In this document: piece by piece, positions 9,431 to 16,594 of the stretch
How the letters are laid out: every line of letters begins with the position of its first letter
How positions within the stretch are numbered: the first letter of the stretch is position 1
Source: Candidatus Yanofskybacteria bacterium
GTDB lineage: Bacteria; Patescibacteriota; Minisyncoccia; 2-02-FULL-40-12; GWA2-44-9
DNA: 54,300 nucleotides
Reading direction: 5' to 3'
Assembly: GCA_003151795.1 (NCBI GenBank)
Contig: PLYL01000006.1
Location: forward strand, 1 to 54,300
Position numbers and translations under genes: made by a program
The notes under the pieces: model-generated
What the model was told of the DNA's origin: nothing
The model's input: only the letters and a program-made list of their open reading frames with translations
Databases searched by the model: none

Positions 9431-9454
9431 AGTTATATTATAGCGACTTTTATT

Positions 9455-10813
9455 TTATAATTCCACAGTTTGGTCGGGCGCGGGGACGAGGGCAGGCACG
9501 TGGAGGGTGGCGGTGATCAGTCCAGCCAGAGTGGCGGCGGAAGCGGTCTCGCCTTGAACGGCGAAGACTTTTTTGAGATGGCCGGCCTCGGCCCCTTGGG
9601 CCACCCAATTTAATAGCGTGGGCTGGTCGGCGTGGGCGGAATAACCGCCGATGGCTTCGACCCGGCAGCGGACGGGAATTTTTTCGTCGAAAATACTGAC
9701 TTCTTTGGCGCCGTCAAAAATTTTCCGGCCGAGCGTCCCATCGGCTTGGAACCCGATAAAGAGTAGCGTGGAATTCGGATCCGAAAGATAGCGCCGTTCG
9801 TGATGGAGAATCCGTCCGCCGGCGGACATCCCCGAACCGGCGATGATCACCTTAGGCCCGATGACATTGTTAATACTCTTTGACTCTTCGCTGGTCCGAC
9901 AGTAGCGCAGACCCGGGAAATTAAATAAGTCTTCGCCCGAATCAATAATGTACTTCGTCTCCTTATTAAAATATTCGGGATATTTTTGGTAAACTTCGGT
10001 TAGTTTGATGGCTAACGGCGAATCGAGAAACATCGGCACGTCCGGAATTTCTTTGCTCTTGTGCATTTCTTCTAATTCAAAAAGCAACTCTTGCGTGCGT
10101 TCCATCGCGAACGACGGAATCATCAGCGTCCCGCCTTTGAGGATGGTCTCCTTGACGATTGAGCGGAGTTTTTCTTTACGGGTCGAGCGGTCTTCGTGAA
10201 TCCGGTCGCCATAGGCGGATTCGACGACGATATAATCGGCGCCGAGGGGGTACTCGAACGGCCGTAAAAGCGGGGTCGGCGGATTGCCCAGATCGCCGGA
10301 GAAATAAATCTTTTTGCCTTCGAACCGAAATTCGATAATCGCCGAACCTAGGATATGGCCCGCGTCGTGAAGCACAGCCGAAAAATCCGGACCGAGGTGA
10401 ATCTCTTCGCCGTAACTCACGCCCTTGGCCAAACCTATCACGCCCTCCAAATCCTTCTGCGAGAAAAACGGCGGATGGCCTGCTCGCTTGGCTGAATCAA
10501 TCATCAAAGACAAATTATCCGGCAAAGCGATAAAGGCCATGTCCAGCGTCGGCGGGGTGGCGTAAAGCGTGCCTCGGAAACCTTCGCGATACAGTTTCGG
10601 TAAGCGACCCGTGTGGTCGGCGTGGCTGTGGGATACGAACACGGCCGAAAGCTCGGCCGGATGATAGGGAAACTTCCCATAATTCTTTTCTTCAGCATCG
10701 CTCGAACCCTGGAACATTCCGCAATCAACGAGAACTTTAATATCTCCCACTTGCAAAAGGTAATTGGAACCCGTTACCGATTGCGCCCCGCCGTAAAATG
10801 TAAGTTTAGCCAT
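9455..10813 (-). CDS. MBL-fold metallo-hydrolase with beta-CASP / RNA-metabolising domain
   Basis: Contains the HSHADHTG metal motif. The 452-aa length and C-terminal region are typical of RNase J/CPSF-like enzymes. Confidence 0.8.
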   Translation of the reverse strand: MAKLTFYGGAQSVTGSNYLLQVGDIKVLVDCGMFQGSSDAEEKNYGKFPYHPAELSAVFVSHSHADHTGRLPKLYREGFRGTLYATPPTLDMAFIALPDNLSLMIDSAKRAGHPPFFSQKDLEGVIGLAKGVSYGEEIHLGPDFSAVLHDAGHILGSAIIEFRFEGKKIYFSGDLGNPPTPLLRPFEYPLGADYIVVESAYGDRIHEDRSTRKEKLRSIVKETILKGGTLMIPSFAMERTQELLFELEEMHKSKEIPDVPMFLDSPLAIKLTEVYQKYPEYFNKETKYIIDSGEDLFNFPGLRYCRTSEESKSINNVIGPKVIIAGSGMSAGGRILHHERRYLSDPNSTLLFIGFQADGTLGRKIFDGAKEVSIFDEKIPVRCRVEAIGGYSAHADQPTLLNWVAQGAEAGHLKKVFAVQGETASAATLAGLITATLHVPALVPAPDQTVEL

Positions 10814-10820
10814 GGCTTAT

Positions 10821-11654
10821 TTATACGATTAACAAAGCGATAACGTAACCAATCAGAGTCATTGTCGCAATCGGAGGCAAGGCCGCCATGGGCTGGCGTT
10901 TGGGCTGGCTGACGAAGATAACATGGGTCAGAAGCAAGCCCAGGAGCGCGAAGCACGCCACGATAATCGCCTCCGGCAATGATTGGCGGACCAAGGAGCT
11001 CACAAAAATTACGGGCAAACCAATATCGCCCGAACCGAGAATCATAAAATCTTGGCCGATGCGATGCTTGGCTTCATGGCGGGAGGCCATAAAGTGCCGA
11101 AAACTCGAAGGGATAATCAACCCGAACACGGCCCCGGAACGAATCATGCTCTCCGCCATCCGGACCATATGCCGGGTCTTATACACGGCGATGATATCGT
11201 AAAAAGACAGCAACACTAAAGCCAGGATGCCGACCGCCGGCGTAATCATGATGCCGATTGCGGCGCCGATGCCGGCAATGGCCAGAATAATCGCTAAATC
11301 GTGCACAATCACGTTATGGACTAGAAGAAAAATCGCCAGAATAAACAAAGCGCCGATAATATCGGTCGGGAATGGCGCCATCGAGGCAATCACAATCTGG
11401 GCGCCGGAGAGGATGATAATCGAGAGAAAAATCCAAAACATCCAGCTCGCTAGCCGAGGGGTCCGGCTAATGAACCAAACGGCGGCGAGGATGAAGGCAA
11501 ACCCGGCCAAGTCCCCGAGGGTGATGGAAGAGGGCTGATAAATTTCAACGCTCGAGAGCAGAAGCACATACCGATAGGCCACGAACAAACCCAGCGCGAG
11601 AGTCGCGCCGAACATCAACGCCTCTTTTAAAAAAAGACTTGGCTGGATTTTCAT
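10821..11654 (-). CDS. presenilin / signal-peptide-peptidase-like intramembrane aspartyl protease (A22-like)
   Basis: Polytopic protein with a YD motif (LLSFYDIIAVY), a GxGD motif (ILGSGDIGLP) and a PAL-like AALPP near the C-terminus. I set the start at ATG 11654 because the track extension is translation of the repeat arm. Confidence 0.6.
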   Translation of the reverse strand: MKIQPSLFLKEALMFGATLALGLFVAYRYVLLLSSVEIYQPSSITLGDLAGFAFILAAVWFISRTPRLASWMFWIFLSIIILSGAQIVIASMAPFPTDIIGALFILAIFLLVHNVIVHDLAIILAIAGIGAAIGIMITPAVGILALVLLSFYDIIAVYKTRHMVRMAESMIRSGAVFGLIIPSSFRHFMASRHEAKHRIGQDFMILGSGDIGLPVIFVSSLVRQSLPEAIIVACFALLGLLLTHVIFVSQPKRQPMAALPPIATMTLIGYVIALLIV

Positions 11655-11791
11655 CCCGCACATAACAAGCACCAACTGCTTAGGCAATACAAATGTTTGT
11701 ATTATCCAAGATTATCAGTGCTGCATGGTTAATATTATTTATATACAGACAGTGACATAATCGTATTGCAAGTGCTCGTTATGTGCGGGAT
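11653..11791 (-). repeat. type-1 palindromic intergenic element, copy 1 (139 nt)
   Basis: Arms 11653-11672 and 11772-11791 pair at 19/20 positions, with G.U at the exception in - sense. The element spans exactly from the stop TAA (11793-11791) to the ATG (11654-11652). Confidence 0.85.
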
Positions 11792-12072
11792 TAGTAATTC
11801 AGCCACGGCCGATCCGGATACTGGTGAATAAAATAGTTGTAGCCTTGGCCGGGCGGGATGGCAATATTATTATCTTTAATCCACTGGGCAATCAGCTGGC
11901 GCTCGGTTGAAGACATCGATTTCACTTGAGTGGCGGACGCGTCAAGGACAATCTGGTCGGAGTCATAGTTTTTAATCGCGATAAATAAAATGCCGGCCAT
12001 AAACATCGCCATCAAAGAAATAAATACCGCGCCCATTCGGGACTCGACTTGCATTGTCAGCGGATTGGTCAT
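11791..12072 (-). CDS. hypothetical small membrane-anchored protein
   Basis: 93 aa with one N-terminal TM helix. No family recognised. Confidence 0.4.
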   Translation of the reverse strand: MTNPLTMQVESRMGAVFISLMAMFMAGILFIAIKNYDSDQIVLDASATQVKSMSSTERQLIAQWIKDNNIAIPPGQGYNYFIHQYPDRPWLNY

Positions 12073-12101
12073 AATAATTTAAAAAATAAAATATACTTAA
12101 C

Positions 12102-12566
12102 TTAGCGGACAATAATCGTGCCCGTCTGGTCGCTGTTATGGTTATTGCGGTAGCTGAATGTCCCGCGCGCCGCGAAGGTAAACGAGAAAAAGCTCCCCTG
12201 CGGGACGTCGCCGATGCTGTCAAAACCCACTAAATCATCAGATATGATTCTAATAGGGAAAATGCTGTCGTTTTTGAATCGGACCGTATCGCCGGCGTGA
12301 ATACGGAGGTTGGTCGGACTGAACACGCCCGAATCGTACGAGATAGTATAGATACGAGGCTGGACTAATGGCGTCGTACTGTTATCGCCGGGCGTCGTCG
12401 GCAACGGACTGACGGCCGGCTGAAGATTGCCGAAATGGATAACCGCGAAAGCCGAGATAACCAAAAGAAGAATCACAACCAGCCAGGAGATACCTGGCGC
12501 GTGGGCGGTTCTAAACGGCGGACGATCATTCTTGCCCGCTAATTGTACTTCAACCTCTTCGGACAT
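12102..12566 (-). CDS. membrane-anchored protein with a cupredoxin-like beta domain (no Cu ligands seen)
   Basis: An N-terminal TM helix is followed by LRIHAGDTVRFKN...GTFSYRNNHNSDQTGTIIV, which resembles a cupredoxin fold. The Cys/His/Met ligand set is absent. Confidence 0.35.
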   Translation of the reverse strand: MSEEVEVQLAGKNDRPPFRTAHAPGISWLVVILLLVISAFAVIHFGNLQPAVSPLPTTPGDNSTTPLVQPRIYTISYDSGVFSPTNLRIHAGDTVRFKNDSIFPIRIISDDLVGFDSIGDVPQGSFFSFTFAARGTFSYRNNHNSDQTGTIIVR

Positions 12567-12604
12567 GGCTTAATAATAGCAAACTTTGTCTACGTAAAAC
12601 AAGC

Positions 12605-13876
12605 TTAGCGGGTGAGGAAGCTTCGAGCAATATCCCGGTCTGACCAGGGAATCTTTTTATTGCCGGCGACGGCCATGGAAATTTCCGAGCCTTTGCCGGT
12701 CATGATTACAACATCGCCGGCTTGCGCTATTGATATGGCTTTCCCGATAGCTTCTTTGCGATCAAGGATGACTTGGAGATGCTCGTGGCGCTTAATCCCC
12801 GCTTTAATTTCTTTAATAATTTCCATCGGGCTTTCTTCGTAAGGGTCTTCGTCGGTCAAAATAATTTCATCGGCTAAGCGGTCGGCAATCGCGCCAAACT
12901 CCGGCCGTTTCCATTTATCCCGCCCGCCGCCGCACGCGCCGAGCACTACAATCAATCGCCCATTCAAAGGCTTAAGCGTTTTGTAAATTATTTCTAAAGA
13001 ATCAGGCGTATGCGCGTAATCCACCACGACCGCAAACGGTTGGCGTTGCACGAATTCTAGACGGCCGGGAATCGTTTCCAATTCTGAAAGGGCTTTAGCG
13101 ATAATTGGCGGCTCAACATCGTACGCCGTGGCTACCGCCCACGCGCCCAGAGCGTTGAGAATATTAAACACTCCGCCGATATTTAAATGCACTTTTTGCC
13201 CATTCACTTTAAATTCCGACTCGCTTTCGCTGGCCAATACATCAGTGGGGCGGATATCGCCTTGATTGATGCCAAAAGTAATTTTCTTATCGGCGGGGAA
13301 TTTATTAAAGTCGGCAATCCGCGCGTCATCCGCGTTCAGCACATGGACATGCTTCGTGATTTTAAATAATTCCTGTTTGGCCTTGATATAATTTTCGAAC
13401 GAGCCGTGATTCTCCAAATGCTCGCGATGAATATTCACGAACACGGCCGTATCAAATTTGGTCCCCAGATGCCGATACTGCTTGATACCTTCCGAGGTCA
13501 CCTCCAGGACCACGAAATCACAGCCCGCCTTTTTCGCTTCGGCTAAGAATTTCTGCAACCGAAATCTCCCAGGCATCGTCTGTTTCAATGTATTCGGCCA
13601 CTCTTTGTCCTTAATCTTGAATCCCAGCGAGCCGATGGCCGCCACTTTCGCGCCCGACGCTTCGAGAATCTTAGTAATCATATAGACCGTGGTCGATTTG
13701 CCCTTGGTGCCCGTCACCCCGATTAATTTCATGCCATGCGACGGAAATCCGTACCGCATCGCCCCGCCCCACGCCAACAGCCGATGATACGCCGGCTGAA
13801 AAAACTCAAACACCGACTTGGGAATAATCTTCTTCACCTGATATAAAATTTTATCCAACAATGTTTCGTGAATCAT
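12605..13876 (-). CDS. murE: Mur ligase, MurE-like (short form)
   Basis: GVTGTKGKSTT P-loop, DYAHTPDSLE and GACGGGRDKWKRP motifs. At 423 aa it lacks the usual N-terminal domain. Confidence 0.75.
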   Translation of the reverse strand: MIHETLLDKILYQVKKIIPKSVFEFFQPAYHRLLAWGGAMRYGFPSHGMKLIGVTGTKGKSTTVYMITKILEASGAKVAAIGSLGFKIKDKEWPNTLKQTMPGRFRLQKFLAEAKKAGCDFVVLEVTSEGIKQYRHLGTKFDTAVFVNIHREHLENHGSFENYIKAKQELFKITKHVHVLNADDARIADFNKFPADKKITFGINQGDIRPTDVLASESESEFKVNGQKVHLNIGGVFNILNALGAWAVATAYDVEPPIIAKALSELETIPGRLEFVQRQPFAVVVDYAHTPDSLEIIYKTLKPLNGRLIVVLGACGGGRDKWKRPEFGAIADRLADEIILTDEDPYEESPMEIIKEIKAGIKRHEHLQVILDRKEAIGKAISIAQAGDVVIMTGKGSEISMAVAGNKKIPWSDRDIARSFLTR

Positions 13877-14310
13877 TTAAAGTATTTCTTTAAGAGGCCT
13901 AATCCTTTTTCGTGTTCCTTGAAAACTTCTCTTAAAACATAGTTTAAATTTGAACCATGAGGCACTTTACCTCTAACTTTATTACCCTTGGGTTTGATAA
14001 TATTCTGGACAAGTGTTTCCACATCTTTAATAAATTTTTGCTGAATAAGAAAAATTCTGAACGAATCCCATTTCCCAGCATGATGATCCCAGCCGGTATG
14101 ATGACGGACCCTCCAGTGAAGATCTCCACTTAAACCAACATAATAAAGTTTATCTCTTTTATACAAAGCGTATATACCAGATTGTCCTCTCATTATTTTT
14201 TTCAACTTATCTCTAAAAACTGGGTCATCAAGAATCTCGCTGGGTAAATTTCCAGACATGCCTTTTATGAGTGTGCCTTTCGAACTTTTAAATTTTTTAT
14301 TTTTAACCAT
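13873..14310 (-). CDS. GIY-YIG nuclease domain protein
   Basis: GIYALYKRDKLYYVGLSGDLHWRVRHH. AT-rich. The ATG at 14310 is preferred over the TTG at 14337. Its stop overlaps the murE start (ATGA). Confidence 0.7.
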   Translation of the reverse strand: MVKNKKFKSSKGTLIKGMSGNLPSEILDDPVFRDKLKKIMRGQSGIYALYKRDKLYYVGLSGDLHWRVRHHTGWDHHAGKWDSFRIFLIQQKFIKDVETLVQNIIKPKGNKVRGKVPHGSNLNYVLREVFKEHEKGLGLLKKYFK

Positions 14311-14326
14311 AATTCGTTTCTTGCTT

Positions 14327-14349
14327 TGATAAATCAAAGTATCAAAGTG
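14327..14349 (-). promoter_or_regulatory. 23-nt operator-like box, copy 1
   Basis: TGATAAATCAAAGTATCAAAGTG, identical to 14766-14788. It lies 17 nt upstream of the GIY-YIG ATG. Confidence 0.5.
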
Positions 14350-14355
14350 GTTTGA

Positions 14356-14763
14356 TTATTTATTTTTTAATAAATTCATCAGTAAGTGTCGGGCTGGGTA
14401 CTTCTTTCCAATACTTGGCGGAGTTAATGTCTTGCTGTTTTTGCGTGTAAGCATAGTCTTCTCTAATTCTTGAACGGCTCGCTCATATCCTTTGACTTCA
14501 TCATCAAGCCAGCGATGAACGCGCATGATAGTGTCAGGACCAACTTTTAGTTCTGCGATTATTTGTGCATAAGAATAGTCCTTCAGTAGATATTGAGCGA
14601 TGAGAATTCTCCGCCCAATCATAATCCGTTCGCTCTCCGTCAAAAGATCCTTGAGAAGATTTTTTATTTCTTCTTTAGATTTTAAAGAAGAAATCGTCGT
14701 ATACAAAGTATCTAAGTATTTTATACGTTCCTCATCACTAATTTTTCTTGATCTCAGTTTCAT
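14356..14763 (-). CDS. TrpR/YerC-YecD-like DNA-binding protein
   Basis: LTESERIMIGRRILIAQYLLKDYSYAQIIAELKVGPDTIMRV resembles the TrpR-family HTH. Confidence 0.6.
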   Translation of the reverse strand: MKLRSRKISDEERIKYLDTLYTTISSLKSKEEIKNLLKDLLTESERIMIGRRILIAQYLLKDYSYAQIIAELKVGPDTIMRVHRWLDDEVKGYERAVQELEKTMLTRKNSKTLTPPSIGKKYPARHLLMNLLKNK

Positions 14764-14765
14764 TA

Positions 14766-14788
14766 TGATAAATCAAAGTATCAAAGTG
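14766..14788 (-). promoter_or_regulatory. 23-nt operator-like box, copy 2
   Basis: A perfect direct repeat of 14327-14349. It starts 2 nt upstream of the TrpR-like ATG and contains tandem CTTTGAT heptamers in - sense. Confidence 0.5.
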
Positions 14789-14807
14789 TTAGTTTAAGTA
14801 TACTGGT

Positions 14808-15719
14808 TCAGAATATTTTGCGCAATACTTTATATACCAAAAACCAGAAACGGCGGATAGGCATATCAAACGCGCCGGGATATTCGATTTGGCGGCCGCC
14901 CCAGCCGAGTTTGAAGCGGGTAACACCTGGGTACCTCTGTGCATCAATGCCCCAAAAGTCGTAATATTTCATGCCATACCCCTTCGCTGTCTTTATCAGT
15001 TCCCATTGCATTAAGTACGGCGCCATCATCGGTTTGTATTTCGGATTCCGGTCCATCGCGCCGTGCAAATAATATGCCGTATCGCCATAAGCCAGCCATA
15101 TCGCGCCGGCAATCGATGTGCCTTCGTGCTCAACAAAGACAGTTTCTGCCACAATGCCAGTGGTATTGCAGAGTTTTTCGTAATATTCTTTAGAATGGGT
15201 AGAGAAATTATCGTTCTTGGCGGTGTGCTTCAATAATTTCCAAAAAGCATCGATGTCTTTGCGAAAAACAAGTTTCAAATTATTTCTCTCCGCGACTTTA
15301 ATGTTGTATCGGGTCTTATGGTGCATCGCCGCCAATAATTCTTCTTCGGATTTTTCCAAATCCATAATTACCGACCGATGAGGCTGAACTTCTTTGGATG
15401 ATTTTTTAAATCCGGCGCCGTAGAGCAATTCAATGGTGCTATCCTGAAGCGGTTCTATTTTTATAAAAATAGACTTTTGTTCTCGGGCCAGATTTTTTAA
15501 ATATGTAATAAATTTTTCAAGTTCGTTCTTAATCCCACTACCCATTTCATCAAGTTTCAATTCCGGCCCGTGCGGAATATATAAATAATTCATCCCAAAT
15601 GGCAAATCATGCTGGATGATATTGGCGATAACTTTCCCATCGTTATATGAAAAAGTCTTTCTTCCAATAGAACTTTGAAACTTTAACCACTCATCAGATT
15701 GTAGGAAAGACTTTTTCAT
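14808..15719 (-). CDS. FemAB-family peptidoglycan bridge-forming aminoacyltransferase (FemX/MurM-like)
   Basis: 303 aa. The N-terminus MKKSFLQSDEWLKFQSSIGRKTF and the overall length fit FemAB. A GGAG SD lies 9 nt upstream. Confidence 0.75.
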   Translation of the reverse strand: MKKSFLQSDEWLKFQSSIGRKTFSYNDGKVIANIIQHDLPFGMNYLYIPHGPELKLDEMGSGIKNELEKFITYLKNLAREQKSIFIKIEPLQDSTIELLYGAGFKKSSKEVQPHRSVIMDLEKSEEELLAAMHHKTRYNIKVAERNNLKLVFRKDIDAFWKLLKHTAKNDNFSTHSKEYYEKLCNTTGIVAETVFVEHEGTSIAGAIWLAYGDTAYYLHGAMDRNPKYKPMMAPYLMQWELIKTAKGYGMKYYDFWGIDAQRYPGVTRFKLGWGGRQIEYPGAFDMPIRRFWFLVYKVLRKIF

Positions 15720-15756
15720 ATCAAACCGCTCCCGATTTCGCCCAAGCGAAGCTTGG

Positions 15757-16023
15757 CTACGAAATCGAGGATCCTCGATTTTTATTAAATATTAATTTTT
15801 CAATTGCGTTTCTACTTTTCCAGGACTTTATTTGACGTTCACGAGCTATAGCATCTCCTTCGTCTTGAAATTCTTCAACATAGGATATCTTCCACGGTCT
15901 TAAATTTTTTGTTGCAACAACATTTCCTGAATTATGTGCCTTGAGCCTCAACTTAATGTCAGAAGAATATCCTATGTAGTATCTAGAATTTCTATCAGAT
16001 TTCAAGACGTAAGTATAGTACAT
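15757..16023 (-). CDS. GIY-YIG nuclease family protein (UPF0213-like)
   Basis: MYYTYVLKSDRNSRYYIGYSSDIKLRLKAHNSG. Start at ATG 16023. Confidence 0.8.
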   Translation of the reverse strand: MYYTYVLKSDRNSRYYIGYSSDIKLRLKAHNSGNVVATKNLRPWKISYVEEFQDEGDAIARERQIKSWKSRNAIEKLIFNKNRGSSIS

Positions 16024-16039
16024 TGAAAAAATTAATATT

Positions 16040-16117
16040 TTAAAAATCGGGACAGGCCTTCCGCCCAATCGATTTCTGAAATTCTAACCATGCGGCTGTT
16101 TGGAGAAATGACTTCAT
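16040..16117 (-). pseudogene. 5' stub of a second femX-like gene
   Basis: MKSFLQTAAWLEFQKSIGRKA, then CPDF and a stop. 15 of the 21 aligned residues are identical to the N-terminus of ORF 14808-15719, but the DNA is diverged and GC-richer. Confidence 0.55.
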
Positions 16118-16143
16118 TTGCCTTAAAATATCACATTTTCCAT

Positions 16144-16174
16144 AAAAAAACGAGGGCCGCGTAGCACGACCCTC
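16144..16174 (-). terminator. intrinsic terminator of the small ORF 16191-16370
   Basis: In - sense: GAGGGTCG, a 7-nt loop, CGGCCCTC, then GTTTTTTTA. Confidence 0.65.
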
Positions 16175-16190
16175 TGAAGCTCGGGTTGCT

Positions 16191-16370
16191 TCAATGATTG
16201 CATTTGACGACTCGCCCGCCGAGTTTCGTCGCGGTCTGACACTCCGGACATTGCCCACCCGGCCACTTGGCGTGGCGTCGATCTTTCTTCCAATTGATAG
16301 CGCACCAGATCACCCAGACAAGCATCCCGAAGATATAAACGATCCACGAACCATCAATAGGTTCTGTCAT
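16191..16370 (-). CDS. small TM plus zinc-ribbon-like protein (59 aa, below the ORF-track cutoff)
   Basis: MTEPIDGSWIVYIFGMLVWVIWCAINWKKDRRHAKWPGGQCPECQTATKLGGRVVKCNH. An AAGGAG SD lies 8 nt upstream of the ATG and a terminator follows. Confidence 0.5.
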   Translation of the reverse strand: MTEPIDGSWIVYIFGMLVWVIWCAINWKKDRRHAKWPGGQCPECQTATKLGGRVVKCNH

Positions 16371-16594
16371 GCCAATTTCTCCTTAAATTTAAAGTACCAC
16401 AAACCAATATAAAAACAAGAGCGAGCGAAAGATAAACCTCAGCACGAAGTCGCGCAAACCCCGAAGCTAGGCTGATGCCGATGGTTTCGGAGGCAGAAGC
16501 CGAGGTGCTTGGTGAGGGGTTGAGCGTCTAGATAAAAACCTGCCGCAGGAGCAGGTTTATTATCGGTCGTGATGAGATTTATCTAAGCGAGCGC

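Noticed and set aside
11655-11687. The N-terminal extensions of track ORFs 10821-11687, 21414-22511 and 28268-29614 share a peptide (..VLVMCGM.. / ..MLVKCGM..).
   Set aside because: The similarity is simply translation of the conserved repeat arm (GTGCTTGTTATGTGCGGGATG). It is not a protein motif. The real starts are the ATGs at the end of the arm.
11706-11725. A hammerhead-like CUGAUAA string occurs in type-1 elements (CACUGAUAAUC in copy 1, UACUGAUAAGC in copy 2).
   Set aside because: The hammerhead core requires CUGANGA and a GAAA box in a three-way junction. The G is missing and no matching junction can be drawn.
11700-11771. Promoters might lie inside the AT-rich apical parts of type-1 copies 1-3 (TATATAAAT, TATAATATAAT).
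   Set aside because: The -10-like strings are present, but I found no -35 box at acceptable spacing. For example, TTGCAA in copy 1 lies 20 nt from TATATA. I leave this as a possibility only. The lon palindrome does have a well-spaced promoter.
15720-16117. A group I intron carrying the GIY-YIG gene might interrupt femX.
   Set aside because: The downstream femX gene is complete, with its own SD and start codon, so nothing needs splicing. The spacer of about 40 nt (nested hairpins at 15727-15775) is too short for a group I core. An allele-replacement scar fits better.
16123-16412. Track ORFs 16123-16347 (-) and 16194-16412 (+).
   Set aside because: They overlap a better-supported 59-codon ORF (16191-16370) that has an AAGGAG SD, a TM segment, CxxC motifs and its own terminator. 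These alternatives lack start signals.
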